A DNA stretch of 64,000 nucleotides. It comes from Ascidiella aspersa. Lineage: Eukaryota. The position numbers were made by a program, and so were the translations under genes. The DNA is taken from NCBI GenBank assembly GCA_963924565.1, contig OZ004607.1:26350001-26414000 (forward strand). Direction: 5' to 3'. Below the pieces are notes generated by a model. It saw nothing but the letters and a program-made list of their open reading frames with translations. It was not told where the DNA came from and searched no databases. Below, in pieces: positions 1 through 10,378 of the stretch (position 1 is its first letter; each line of letters starts with the position of its first letter).

Positions 1-737
1 TGAAAGCTTTATGTTACCGTATCGCTCTGATGTTTGTTGCAATATCTGCCACGATGAAAACCTGTGAAGGAACAAGCCGTTCTCCACAGGACATCATAAC
101 CAACACGACACTAAATGAAGAAGAAAAGGCCTTTTCGGTGCTGCGTCATAACCAGGCGAGAAAAAACACAAGTCCAAGCGCTAGCAACATGCAGAAGGTC
201 TTTTGGGACGAGGAGTTGGGCGTGACGGCGCAGGAATACTCACGCAAGTGCATTTACGCTCACAGCACGGGCAGAAAGACGAGCAAGTTCGACTGGGTGG
301 GCGAGAACCTGTACGTTGGCTCGCCAGAGGTGGAGCCGATCAAGATCCTGAACACAGCGATCACGCACTGGGACGACGAGAAGTACAACTACACGTACGC
401 GACTACCGCCTGCACAGTGACGTATTGCAGCCACTATACGCAAGTGGTGTGGGATGACACTTGGGCCGTTGGCTGCGCCATGACCACCTGTCGCGACCTT
501 GACGTAGGCGACGGCGAAACATGGGAGGTCGGCCAGCTTGTTGTGTGCCATTACGGACCTGGCGGAAATCTAAACAACCGACAGCCTTTCGACCTGGGCG
601 CCCATTGCTCCGTTTGTCCAAAAGACTTTGTGTGTGAAGATAACCTTTGCACCAACTCCGCTTACCGCGTTTCGGTGCCTTTTGCTTTTCTTGTTTGGTG
701 CGCTATTTTTTTGTTTGCTTTTGCTTTTTACTTTTAA
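1..737 (+). CDS. CAP-1: CAP/SCP (GLIPR1-like) protein with signal peptide and GPI-type C-terminus; start codon probably clipped by the window edge
   Basis: CAP motifs HNQAR, NMQKVFWD, CIYAHS, GENLY, CSHYTQVVW, VGCA, VCHYGPGGN; Cys hinge CSVCPKDFVCEDNLC; hydrophobic tail ending at the stop. The frame runs upstream to positions 1-2 'tg', giving (A)TG AAA GCT TTA = MKALCYRIALMFVAISA..., a plausible signal peptide if the base before the window is A. Confidence 0.92.
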   Translation, partial: KALCYRIALMFVAISATMKTCEGTSRSPQDIITNTTLNEEEKAFSVLRHNQARKNTSPSASNMQKVFWDEELGVTAQEYSRKCIYAHSTGRKTSKFDWVGENLYVGSPEVEPIKILNTAITHWDDEKYNYTYATTACTVTYCSHYTQVVWDDTWAVGCAMTTCRDLDVGDGETWEVGQLVVCHYGPGGNLNNRQPFDLGAHCSVCPKDFVCEDNLCTNSAYRVSVPFAFLVWCAIFLFAFAFYF

Positions 738-1319
738 AGTCGCGTCGGCTTGCTAGCTTTTAGAAAATGACGAGATATTTATTGAAGAGATGGAATCTAG
801 GTTAAACGTTGTAATAAACACCTATTTCTGCTAGTGCTACAACGACAAGCAAAGCAAGGCCATTGAAAATGCTTAAAAATAGCGTTCGTCTGAAAAACTT
901 TGATTTAAAATGTTTAACTGTAAAACGTAAAATCGCTGCTTTAGTACAAAACTGTCACACATTGATCTGTAGGTGTTCCAAGCGTATCTTATATACCCGA
1001 AAAAGCGCCTAAATGTCCAAACCTTTTAGTTTTCCGTTTTAGAGAAAGGACGAAAAAGTGCAAAATTATTTGAAAAATTGTACTGCTTAATACATTTTTT
1101 TTTTGGTTTTTACAGTGTTAAATTTATTTTTAAGCTTTAAGTTCATAATATATAAACCATAAAATTAGTATTACTTAAAACATTTTTAAAACTGTTAAGC
1201 ATTAAATATATTTGTTGCGTAACACTTTTGAATTAGGGTATTTAATTACATTAATGCAAAATTATTTTGCGCGAAAATATACATTCACATATAGGCTAAT
1301 GGTCAGTTAAAGTTTATTA

Positions 1320-1383
1320 CGGTCTGCAGAGATCTTTCTGAGTTTGTTGTTTGCCGTCACTAAAAAAAGGTTGCCGATTCTTG
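1320..1383 (-). mobile_element. hAT-type MITE terminus (degenerate), inverted relative of the 1927 copy
   Basis: Reverse complement caagaatcggcaacctttttttagtg...ctcagaaagatctctgc matches the end starting at 1927. Confidence 0.5.
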
Positions 1384-1926
1384 TTTGGTCTTTGCACATT
1401 TCGCATCAAGTTTACAAAAAAACACTATTTTGTGATAAAAAACTACCCTTACGAAATGACCGCCTTATAGATAAATTGTGCTGGCATAAACACAAACAGT
1501 TTCTTATGAAGGCCTACTTCCGTGCTTTATTTGTTACCATGCTGAAACTTATTCAAATATATTCTTGCTAGTTTAATAAACTTTATTATGCTTGGATGCA
1601 AGTCGGTAGTCGTTTTAAAGATTGAGGTAACTTCTAATTAAAAAGGCTACGGTTACACTACCGCATACCCTCATAAAGATTACCCAATTTATATATTTAT
1701 GTATAGCCTAAGTGCGAGACGCGTGACCTTCCTGAAACAATCCAGGCTAAAAAATTGTGCAATACTCGTCTAATTACATGAGCAAACTAAGGTTTTACAA
1801 ACGTTATTCTTGGTATACGAATCATAGAGCTAATTTATACAATGTATATTTATTTAACATTGGCAAATAAACAAAACAGTAAACAGGACAACCGTTAACC
1901 TACGTGATTATCTCTAGACTCTAGAG

Positions 1927-1995
1927 CAGGGGTCGGCAACCTTTTTCTAGTCGCGGGCCAAAACCAACCTCAGAAAGGTCTCTGCGGGCCGCACA
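1927..1995 (+). mobile_element. hAT (Charlie/Buster-type) MITE terminus; other end not found
   Basis: caggggtcggcaacctttttctagtcgcgggcc, preceded by ctctagag (nnnTAnnn target typical of Buster-type hATs). Confidence 0.55.
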
Positions 1996-2371
1996 AAATG
2001 TTAACTAAGAATTGTGTTATTTCAATGTTGGAGAACAACTGTGAATCAATCGTGTCTCGAATCTTTTTTTGCACGTAAAAACGTGTTTAATTACATTCAG
2101 GAAGGCAGTAAACTATTAGCGCGAAAAAAGCGTTTGTTTGATTTAAAATCCGAGTACACGTCGTACTACTAATTTATACTACTAATGGAAAATGTAATAA
2201 AACTACTTTGAGGGAAAGCGTTAAACTAGTTCAGTCTTATTTATCGTTTTAAGTGAAAAGTATAGAAGGGTAATCGTTACCCAACTTCTAAAAGTTCGTC
2301 TATACATAGTATCGTGGATGTATTTCCAACCTGTCTATTACGTAGAGCGTAGTACATAAATATCGTGTGAT

Positions 2372-3325
2372 TCAGCCAAACAACGATAGTATACTGTGCA
2401 GAAAAGCAGCAAACAAAATCACTATAACGCAGTTAAACGACGTTGTTTGGGGCGAAGAGCTGCACACGTTTTCTTGGCAAGTATAGGGTGGCTCACAATC
2501 TACAGTGCACCGCGCTCCTTTCCTTGGTAAAACGTCCCTCTCGCTGTAGCAGTGGTTGATAATGCATCGGCTCGGTGATCGGCAACCGAGACAACCATTG
2601 CCTGTGTCAGGTTCTGCAATCGTGGTGACCCCGGACAGCTTTTGATCCCAGAAACAAATTCCCTCTGAGCACACGCGACCGGAGCACAGCGCGTGAGAGC
2701 AAGACGATCCGTACATATACGGGATTTTTCGGTTGAAGTTTCCGCCGTGTCCGTATTGACAAACTATAAACAGGTTCTCGGCCTGCAGCTGTCCGCGCAC
2801 AAAAACGTTGTTGCAAGTTGTCACGCCACAACCCAGCACATATGTTGTGTTCCACACAACTTGACGGTAATGCCCGCACACGCCGCCGACGCATTCCCCG
2901 GTGCGACTGTCGAAATACTGTTTTTCGTTTCCCCACGACCGTATAGATTCCCTCAGAAAAACCGGAGTCGCGCTAATCGTACCGGTCACGTACATATTCT
3001 CCCCAATGTGGTAAAACTGTTCCGATGTTCTTTCGCTTCCGCTACTGTGCTGCATTATACACCTGCCCGCGTGGCGTCTCGCTCTCTGTTCCAAATCGTT
3101 GCCCCACTGTAAGCTTGGCATGAAGGCAGCTGGTGGGTCGACTTTCTTTCTGAATTCAGTGTGCACGTCTAAAATAAGCTGCTTTTCGGATTCCGTTAGG
3201 GTTTTAAGCTGGTTACTGTTGCGTTTCAACCTGCTCTTTTCTTCGGCACAGCTTACCGCCATTGGGAAACATAGTTCGATAGAAAAGAAAGCGATTAAGG
3301 TCAATTGACAAACGGTTATCCACAT
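2372..3325 (-). CDS. CAP-2: CAP/GLIPR1-like protein with three Cys4 hinge-like modules and GPI-type tail
   Basis: First ATG at 3325 (the ORF track uses GTG at 3364) opens signal peptide MWITVCQLTLIAFF; RLKR; CIMQHS, GENMY, CGHYRQVVW, VCQYGHGGN; three Cys4 blocks; tail SSSPQTTSFNCVIVILFAAFLHSILSLFG*. Confidence 0.92.
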   Translation of the reverse strand: MWITVCQLTLIAFFSIELCFPMAVSCAEEKSRLKRNSNQLKTLTESEKQLILDVHTEFRKKVDPPAAFMPSLQWGNDLEQRARRHAGRCIMQHSSGSERTSEQFYHIGENMYVTGTISATPVFLRESIRSWGNEKQYFDSRTGECVGGVCGHYRQVVWNTTYVLGCGVTTCNNVFVRGQLQAENLFIVCQYGHGGNFNRKIPYMYGSSCSHALCSGRVCSEGICFWDQKLSGVTTIAEPDTGNGCLGCRSPSRCIINHCYSERDVLPRKGARCTVDCEPPYTCQENVCSSSPQTTSFNCVIVILFAAFLHSILSLFG

Positions 3326-3883
3326 TTCTGCCAATAACAATTTCCTGTTGTTGCAAAAAGTCACAAACTGTTGGAATTACGGCTATGCTCTCGCTGAATT
3401 ATACTAATTGTGTTTCCTTTCTGTTAAAAACACACATCCATAATGTGCTATCGGTGTTCACAGTGCTGTTAACTTTGTGTTCACTCAATTTTATGTAGGC
3501 AAACTGGTTCTGCATGTTAAAGTGCGTGTATCAGACCAGGTAGCTGTTTTACATAAACTACCACATAGGTATCACCCTAGTGTCGTTGTTATACCTAGAC
3601 GACTCATCACTTTCCGCCTAACAGATCACTTCCGGAATTACATATAACGTTTAGCACGTCATGGAAATAGGCTATTCGTCAATCTAAAATGCACTGTGCA
3701 ATACGGTTTTCAAAATGCAACAGCACATATATGTTTGGTAGTTTTATCTATAAAGCCACCATTAGTAGTACTTTAATCAAAATTTAACATGTGTACAAAA
3801 CAAAACTTGTGAATTCAAGCATTTGCAACAATGTTTATTTCGTTCGTTCAATTTAATTTGAATACAACATTCAACTGTTTTCG

Positions 3884-4663
3884 CTAATTAAAGTGCAACT
3901 GGCAGACGAAGAACAGCGTTGCGAGAATAAGGTGCAAAGAATACCTTTGTATGGTAGGTGCTCCACTAGTTTTCGAACACATGTTGTCGACGCAGTAAGG
4001 GTAATCTTTCGCGCAATCACTACATGAAGAGCCTTGCTTGTAAGGCTGCTTTCCGTAAAAGTTGCCTGCCGGGCCATAATTACAAACCACTATGGAGGAC
4101 TGAGCAAACGTGCGACCTGCAACCTGAACGTCGGCGCAATAACCAACTCCACATCCGATAGCATAAGAAGAGGCCCAGGCTACCTGTGTGTAGTGACCGC
4201 AAACTCCAGTGCAAGCTTGTGTCGCAAAATTGTACACGTTCTTTTCGTCATCCCAAGATCCCACCGCTTTTTCAAACAGATCACTGGGTTCAGTTTGAAA
4301 AAGAGTAAAGTACATGTTCTCTCCAATGGAGGACGAAAACTTGGAAGTTTTTCTAGGCGATTGAGGGCTATGTGCAAAGATGCACTTTGAAGCGTAATCT
4401 TGCGCCAATGTTTCTAATTCGTAGTCCCATTCCATCTTGAGCATGTTGCTGGCAGTAGGAGACACGATTTTCCTAGCGGCATTGTGACTCTTAACTGCTG
4501 CTTGTCTGTCTGCCTCGGTTAGTGACGTCGATTTCATTAGTGAAGCCCGTTTTACCCTTGAAAGTTCACTTTTCTGGCCAAAAGTGACAATATCAGCAGC
4601 AATCCAGAAGAACATTAGGTAGGCCAACTTCATTTTGCTAAATGCAATTCGAGTCACATTCAT
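3884..4663 (-). CDS. CAP-3: CAP/GLIPR1-like protein, GPI-type tail
   Basis: Signal peptide (start at 4663 or 4633 MKLAYLMFFWI), RVKR, HNAAR, NMLKMEWD, CIFAHS, GENMY, CGHYTQVAW, VCNYGPAGN, one hinge module, tail SGAPTIQRYSLHLILATLFFVCQLHFN*. Confidence 0.95.
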   Translation of the reverse strand: MNVTRIAFSKMKLAYLMFFWIAADIVTFGQKSELSRVKRASLMKSTSLTEADRQAAVKSHNAARKIVSPTASNMLKMEWDYELETLAQDYASKCIFAHSPQSPRKTSKFSSSIGENMYFTLFQTEPSDLFEKAVGSWDDEKNVYNFATQACTGVCGHYTQVAWASSYAIGCGVGYCADVQVAGRTFAQSSIVVCNYGPAGNFYGKQPYKQGSSCSDCAKDYPYCVDNMCSKTSGAPTIQRYSLHLILATLFFVCQLHFN

Positions 4664-5383
4664 AAATGCAAACTTTTATTTGCTAGAAAATGTCTAAAAT
4701 GACTGTGTTTTTATTTGCATTGTTACGTTTTTATAGTGACCAAATAACTAATTATTCTTTAACAAAGTCAATCATTTTGGTCCAAGTGAAAACTTGTTAT
4801 TAGTGTAGCCCAGTGGTTCTCAAACTTTTTTTGTTGCGACGCCTCTGGAAAAGTTTTCTGGACTTGGGACGCACCCGAAAATAAAAGTTAATGAGAAAAC
4901 TTATTATTTAAGTTCTTCTATTGATACAACAACAAAAAGCAATGTATATTATTGAATGTGGCGTGTGGGCTTGTTTGATTTTAAAAAGTTCATTGAATCT
5001 TGGGAGAATTTTGGAAATTACCACACGCATTTCCCTTTCTGTGTTAATTCGTGATTGATATTTGCTTTTATCACCGCCAAGGCAGAAAATCCTGCTTCAC
5101 ATAAATATAGGGCTACCATATTTTCAGCACCCAAAAAGAGGACATTTTTTTGCCTGTAAGTAAAACGAAAGTAGAATTGTTACGTTTGAGAAAAACGTGC
5201 CATATCCACAAGTAATGCATTCAGCTTTGAAATCCATACGTCCTTTTCTGAAACAAGGATACTTCTGGCTTAGCTCATCAGTAAACAGAGTTTCGGCGTA
5301 TTAATTTATTTTGCTTTATGGTTGTCTATATCTAAAGAATAATAAAGAAAAATCAAAGCATCTGCTCAAAACCACCTGTATGC

Positions 5384-5896
5384 CAGTGGTTCTTAACCTG
5401 ACCTTTTTCCAGCCGCGCCCACCTTTGGTAATTTTCCTATGTCTTTCGCTTCCCCTCCCCCCACCTACAAAAAGCAATTCGGTATTTTCAATTAAACATT
5501 ACTGAGAAAACGTGAAAATAGTGATTTTCTTGTCGGTCGCGTAATTGGTCGAGTTGGCGCTAAACGGTAAATTCGGGAGGTAAAAATAGTTCGAACGGTG
5601 AATGAGTTTTGTCGTTTATCTATAAGTTAGCAAAATTGTATTTAAATATGGCCGGTATACCTTTGATGATATGAAAACATGCAATGGCACTCAACGAGAC
5701 TTTGTGCTAAAAAAGTTGACAAACGTAGAAAAACAAGATTCGCGCGGAACGCGAAAATTTTTGGCAGTTTCAATATTCAAGTGGACAAAAAAGAGTTTCT
5801 ACAGCGCTGTAGGAGTGGTGGACAACCCAACGAAACCATTATAATCATTGCATAAAATTTAACTTAGAGCTCGCCTCCCCCGGTTAAGAACCGCTG
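5384..5896. mobile_element. hAT MITE nested inside the 5108-6607 element
   Basis: TIRs cagtggttcttaacc / ggttaagaaccgctg; flanking 8-mers degenerate (ctgtatgc / ttatacac, central TA kept). Confidence 0.72.
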
Positions 5897-5905
5897 TTAT
5901 ACACT

Positions 5906-6211
5906 TGTAGCAGTACTTCGTCACATTGTTGTTTTTACCACAGAGAATTTTTGTTTATCGCTGTATCACTATAGCCTAAATTCCTTGCAATCGCCTTTCA
6001 GTGTTTGCGTTATCTTTGCAGCAAATGTGCAAACTGTACATTTTGACATTTACTGCAAAGATAACGCAAACACTGAAAGGCGATTGCAAGGAATTTAGGC
6101 TATGGTGATACAGCGATAAACAAAAATTCTCTGTGGTAAAAACAACACGGTGATACAGCGATAAACAAAAATTATCTGTGGTAAAAACAAATGTGACGAA
6201 GTACTGCTACA
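5906..6211. repeat. Long near-perfect palindrome (about 120-bp arms, about 17-nt loop) with a 45-bp tandem duplication in the right arm
   Basis: 5906 tgtagcagtacttcgtcacatt...gcaaatgt is the reverse complement of 6046 acatttactgc...tgtgacgaagtactgctaca; ggtgatacagcgataaacaaaaatt is repeated at 6104 and 6149. Confidence 0.9.
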
Positions 6212-6884
6212 CACTAACTAGACAAGCTTCTGTAAGAAATAAGAACATAGCCACTAGGCCTGCAAAACTTTAATACCTTTGCTTTATTAATGGGCCTTTT
6301 TAGATGTGAGGTTCTGTTGCCATTTTTCTGGCGCAATGTTGGTAAAAACAATCAAGAAGGTAGGGCTGGTAGGGCAATTTGTTGGAAAACCTGTTTTAAA
6401 CCAGCAATTAAGCATGTTTCATGGATACAGTATATTTTTAGGAATAAATACAACGTCTCGCCTAAAATTCTTGTTAAAAGTATAAGCAAGTAACTCCAAA
6501 TGCGAAAAAAGAGGACATTTGAACATTTTTGAGCGTCCTCGGAGGACAATTCAGTTTTCTTGAGAAAAGAGGACAAATCCTCCTAAAAAGGAAATATAGT
6601 AGCCCTACATAAATACGACATGGCAAATGGGATAATAATTCGTAGTGCTTTCTGCACCAAAGCTGGATAATCGGCATTCATTGAAATCCAAAAGTTTGCC
6701 GATTTCCTGAATTAAACATCCTTTTCAGGGAATTGTCACAGGAATCGTCAATGTAGGCTTCTTTTTCTTCTGCAGTAAAAAATATATAGTAGGTTGGACA
6801 AAAGGGTCACGAATCCATTCGTAGTTTGATAAAAATTTAAATTGTTTTAATTAAGCAATTAATTATAAAATTGCGTTATTTAGC

Positions 6885-7195
6885 CCAATCTTTGCACATA
6901 AAAGAATTTGCTTGTTATATGCTGCTTTTATTTTATTTTTGACTTGAGTTGCTCATAATAATCGGAGGAGTTAGCCGGTTTTCATAATTTAAAGTTTTAT
7001 TTTTTTGACAAGGGCTGGACTTGAAGTTCACTTGCTCTAATTATGACTTGACTGGGACTTGACTTGGGCAACCGATGACTTGGACTGGGACTTGACTTGT
7101 TATTTATTGAAAAAGAATTGACTTGTACTTAAGTTATTTTACGAATGACTTAACTGGGACTTGAGTCATTTCAAAATGACTTGTTTTCAACACTG
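6885..7195. mobile_element. Right half of the GACTT-rich hAT-like MITE family (full copy at 62164-62677)
   Basis: gacttgact arrays ending in tcatttcaaaatgacttgttttcaacactg; aligns by eye with about 62385-62677. Confidence 0.75.
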
Positions 7196-8620
7196 AGCCT
7201 ATCTGATATAAGAAAGCATATCACAGTAGATTGTCAATAAGGTTTATCGGTTACCATTTGGGCACTTGCACTCTTATACTTAACTTTACAAGCAATAGGT
7301 TGCCTGCTTTAACAGGAATTTTGGTCAAGTAAGTATAGTTACAGTGGTATTATGCAAATTTCACAAAAAATGTTTTTATTTGACTGCTATTGTGTAAATT
7401 AGACCGCAGCCTGCTACGCTTAACAATGCGTGAGAAACCTGAGATGAAATACAAAAATTTAGTACACGAACAAGGCAGAACAGTGGGTGTTCTGTTGGTA
7501 TCGCCTCGTATCGGCATATTTAATGTAAGCTCAGGCTTGGCTAGCAGACAGGGCCGTTTCTTTTAGCAATTTGGCTAGTTGTAAACAAATGAGACTAAGG
7601 CATTAAAATATAAGCAAAAAATGTATATTAATCTTTCGGGGTCAGAAATAGCGTACGCAGATGGAACATTCTACAGATTTGAAGTAAGAATATTTTTCTG
7701 TCCACTAGAACCACAGATATGAATTAAAAAAATTAAAATAAGTCCACAATTAATACCTTGGATAATGTTTAATGTTGACAAAGCAAAGCTTTTAGATTGG
7801 CATTTTTAGCGAATTACATAGTTTTAACTAAACAATTTGTTGAGTTCAGCCGTAGATCCCCTAAATATTCTTTTTTGCTATATTCCGTTTGGTAATAGAC
7901 AATCCACACACATTATATTTTAGATTTACTCTAGAGTAGCCTACTTAAATCGATCTACACTTATTTCATAACAGGAATCTCAAGAGAAACCATGTTTCAC
8001 AGGTGATTGCATGTCGATTCAAGCAACAATGCTCACTACCCTAAATTTTATCGAATTAAGGCTTATTGTAACAAGAAAGTGTCTATGTAGTCGTACCACG
8101 TGACTCACACACTGCAACAGTTAATGTGACGCACTGTTACGCACATATGACGAATTTAGGAAGTTACGTTACAAGAAAGTCGAGTGGATGCTGATAAAGT
8201 TTCATCACAATAAAACGGCCCGTCTTTTTTTCTCTTAAAGGTTAATTGTTTATTAACAGTTCACATCCGTCAATAGATTAACCCGCAGTAATTAGGAAAA
8301 TTGCATTGTTCTAAGTGTTGAAGCAAATGTTTTATCTATCCTAGCCTATAAACCAGTAAATGGGTTCAAGCTGTTAGAAGGCAACAAGTGGGAGATTGGC
8401 TGATATTCTCTTGGCTATTTAATAATTTTTTTCGGGAAATATATCTTTAAATATTTTGGTGTTTTGAGCCCGGGCCCAAACTATTAGTGAGCGTGGGTCA
8501 CCAAACTGTTAAGGTTTTTACACCATACAATCAACCAAACCATTAGGCAGTCATTGTAAGAATAACAATATTGGATAAAAGCTGCGATAAACGATGTCGG
8601 GGTTTTCTACAATATAGATC
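7196..8620 (+). repeat. 1.4-kb non-coding direct repeat, copy A
   Basis: Colinear and highly similar to 11093-12970, from agcctatctgatataagaa to ggttttctacaatatagat. Confidence 0.93.
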
Positions 8621-9076
8621 GACTTCAACGAAACGATACATGTATTTTATTTAAAACATCTTTTGCTCTTTTCTTTTCTTTGTTTTTTCTAGGCTAAATC
8701 TGATTACAATTAACACAATAATACTACAATACATTGCTATAAATCGATTTCCCCTAGTTTTGGCCCACCCCAAGCCAAATTTTGTTTATAATAATCATTT
8801 TTGTAACAGACATGTGCTCATGGAAAGACAAACTTTAACAAGAATGCTTTCAGAACCAAGTTCTCCACGATGGTATACTGCAATTCGTAATAAACCAAAG
8901 AAAATATATTCCAGGATGCTGGGGTGAAAATATATAAATTTTTGGCATTTATTGTGTGCATTTGTAATCAGTTTCAACGTTTCACGTAAAGCTAATGAAG
9001 TAATACTCAAATTAATAAAAAGCAACTACTATTAGCAAACAGCAATGTTACAAAGCTCAGAAGAAAGAAGACTTAG

Positions 9077-10252
9077 TTAACCAGAAGCAACAAGGGCGCA
9101 GAAAATTCCCAGGGATGTTGCAAGCAAATGTGGAGCTTTAGGTTTGAGCGACGTTGGCGCAGAAGATGTGGTGCTGGTGAATTCAGTGGTCGAATAAATC
9201 GTCACAGAAGTCACCTCGGTTGTGCTTAATGTTGATGCAGGTCGTACTGCAGATACAGTTGAACTAAAATCAGCATCTGTAGATACTGGTAACCTACCTG
9301 TAACTGAAGGTTTGACGGCTGTGCTAAGTAATGTCGGTTTTGGAGAGCTCGAATGCGTAGTCGACGACTGCTGAACGGTTGTATATGGCCGAGGAAGGAT
9401 TTCTTCTGTATGAGGCAGCCGTGCCGAAGGGACACTCTCATCTGTATCTGTAGGTGTTGGCGAATGATCGGGAAAGGTATCAGCGTCAGTCAAAACTCTG
9501 GTATCCAGAGAAGTAGGTGCTTTCGTCGAGAATGCTTTTTCCTCTTCTGGCGGACCAGCTGGTTGCTCGCTTGTCTGGACGACGCACAATTTGTTTTCAC
9601 ACGCCGAGTGCGCTTCGGTGCAAGCAGAGCACCAGTCGCCTGCCTCGTAAGGCTGGCCGAGTTCCTCCGCAGTCGGTGCGTAATCGCACACAACCAGGAC
9701 GGCCGAGCTGGAACTACTCGAACCCAAAACCATGCTGGAACAAACGGTCGCACCGCATCCCACTTTATTTGTGTTGGCCCACGTCAGCTGCTTGTACTGA
9801 CCACACTGCGAATCGCACTTGTCCGACTCGTAGCGGTAGTTGGTGCGTTGGTCGTGCCACCAGAGCACTGCTTTCTCCAGGTTTTCGGTAACATTAGCGA
9901 TTGCTGTGATGCTAAAATAAAGGTTCTCGCCGACCTGAGCAACACTTCCTGGATTCCTGTTCGGGTTCATCTTGTAGACGCACTTTCGGCTGTGGGATTC
10001 GGCGATTTCTGCCAGCTCGTCGCTCCATGCAAGTTTAAGCATGTCGCTGGCGGCAGGTTCGACCGAGCGACGAAACTCGTTGTGCTTATTAACAATCGCT
10101 CGCTGCTCGGCCTGAGTCAGTTTAACAGCGTCACGCACAGACGACCCTCCTCGTTTGCTTCGAGAAATTATTTTGCTGTTTTCCGCCTCGACTACGGAGC
10201 GACAACTAACGCTGACCAGCAAATATACGACTGAAATCTTGCGCAAACACAT
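9077..10252 (-). CDS. CAP-4: divergent CAP protein with Ser/Thr/Pro mucin-like stalk and GPI-type tail (PI16-like architecture)
   Basis: ATG at 10252 opens signal peptide MCLRKISVVYLLVSVSC (the ORF track starts at a non-ATG codon, 10354); RSKR; HNEFRR, DMLKLAWS, GENLY, VGCG; hinge CSACTEAHSACENKLC; about 140-aa S/T/P stalk; tail SSAPTSLKPKAPHLLATSLGIFCALVASG*. Confidence 0.92.
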   Translation of the reverse strand: MCLRKISVVYLLVSVSCRSVVEAENSKIISRSKRGGSSVRDAVKLTQAEQRAIVNKHNEFRRSVEPAASDMLKLAWSDELAEIAESHSRKCVYKMNPNRNPGSVAQVGENLYFSITAIANVTENLEKAVLWWHDQRTNYRYESDKCDSQCGQYKQLTWANTNKVGCGATVCSSMVLGSSSSSSAVLVVCDYAPTAEELGQPYEAGDWCSACTEAHSACENKLCVVQTSEQPAGPPEEEKAFSTKAPTSLDTRVLTDADTFPDHSPTPTDTDESVPSARLPHTEEILPRPYTTVQQSSTTHSSSPKPTLLSTAVKPSVTGRLPVSTDADFSSTVSAVRPASTLSTTEVTSVTIYSTTEFTSTTSSAPTSLKPKAPHLLATSLGIFCALVASG

Positions 10253-10354
10253 TTTTAGCTTGATGTGCCACAGCAACTTAGTACGCAACCATAACTTAGA
10301 CACACAGCCATAGTTCTGGCCCGCGAGCGCAGGCGAAACTACAAAAAATGCCAC

Positions 10355-10378
10355 GTTTATACCCCGAGGGGTATAAAC
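10355..10378. promoter_or_regulatory. Perfect palindrome carrying a TATAAA on each strand, about 105 nt upstream of the CAP-4 ATG
   Basis: gtttatacccc-ga-ggggtataaac; the palindrome is exact, promoter function is inferred from position. Confidence 0.45.

Larger units (their letters stand above)
5108..6607. mobile_element. Non-autonomous hAT element (TAGGG termini, Blackjack/Tip100-like), 1.5 kb
   Basis: TIRs tagggctaccatattt / aaatatagtagcccta (15/16 match), perfect 8-bp TSD cataaata (5100-5107, 6608-6615), subterminal aaagaggaca motifs at both ends. Confidence 0.88.
4811..6830 (-). mobile_element. Decayed Buster/Charlie-family hAT transposon (transposase C-terminus), split by nested insertions
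   Basis: TIR cagtggttctcaaactt at 4811. The minus strand, with frameshifts, reads YEWIRDPF...FWISMNADYPALVQKALRIIIPFAMSYL (about 6825-6608), then YLCEAGFSALAVIK..KYQSRINTEREMRVVISKILPRFNELFKIKQAHTPH (about 5107-4955), the ZBED5/Buster dimerisation-domain signature. Confidence 0.85.

Noticed and set aside
3325-3884. CAP-3/CAP-2 as a Ciona-type operon
   Set aside because: About 400 bp separate the CAP-3 AATAAA (3834-3839, minus) from the candidate acceptor; such operons usually have abutting cistrons.
9353-10234. 293-aa plus-strand ORF opposite CAP-4, and similar shadow ORFs over the other CAP and TSR exons
   Set aside because: Antisense or off-frame shadows of GC-rich coding sequence; no motifs, often non-ATG starts.
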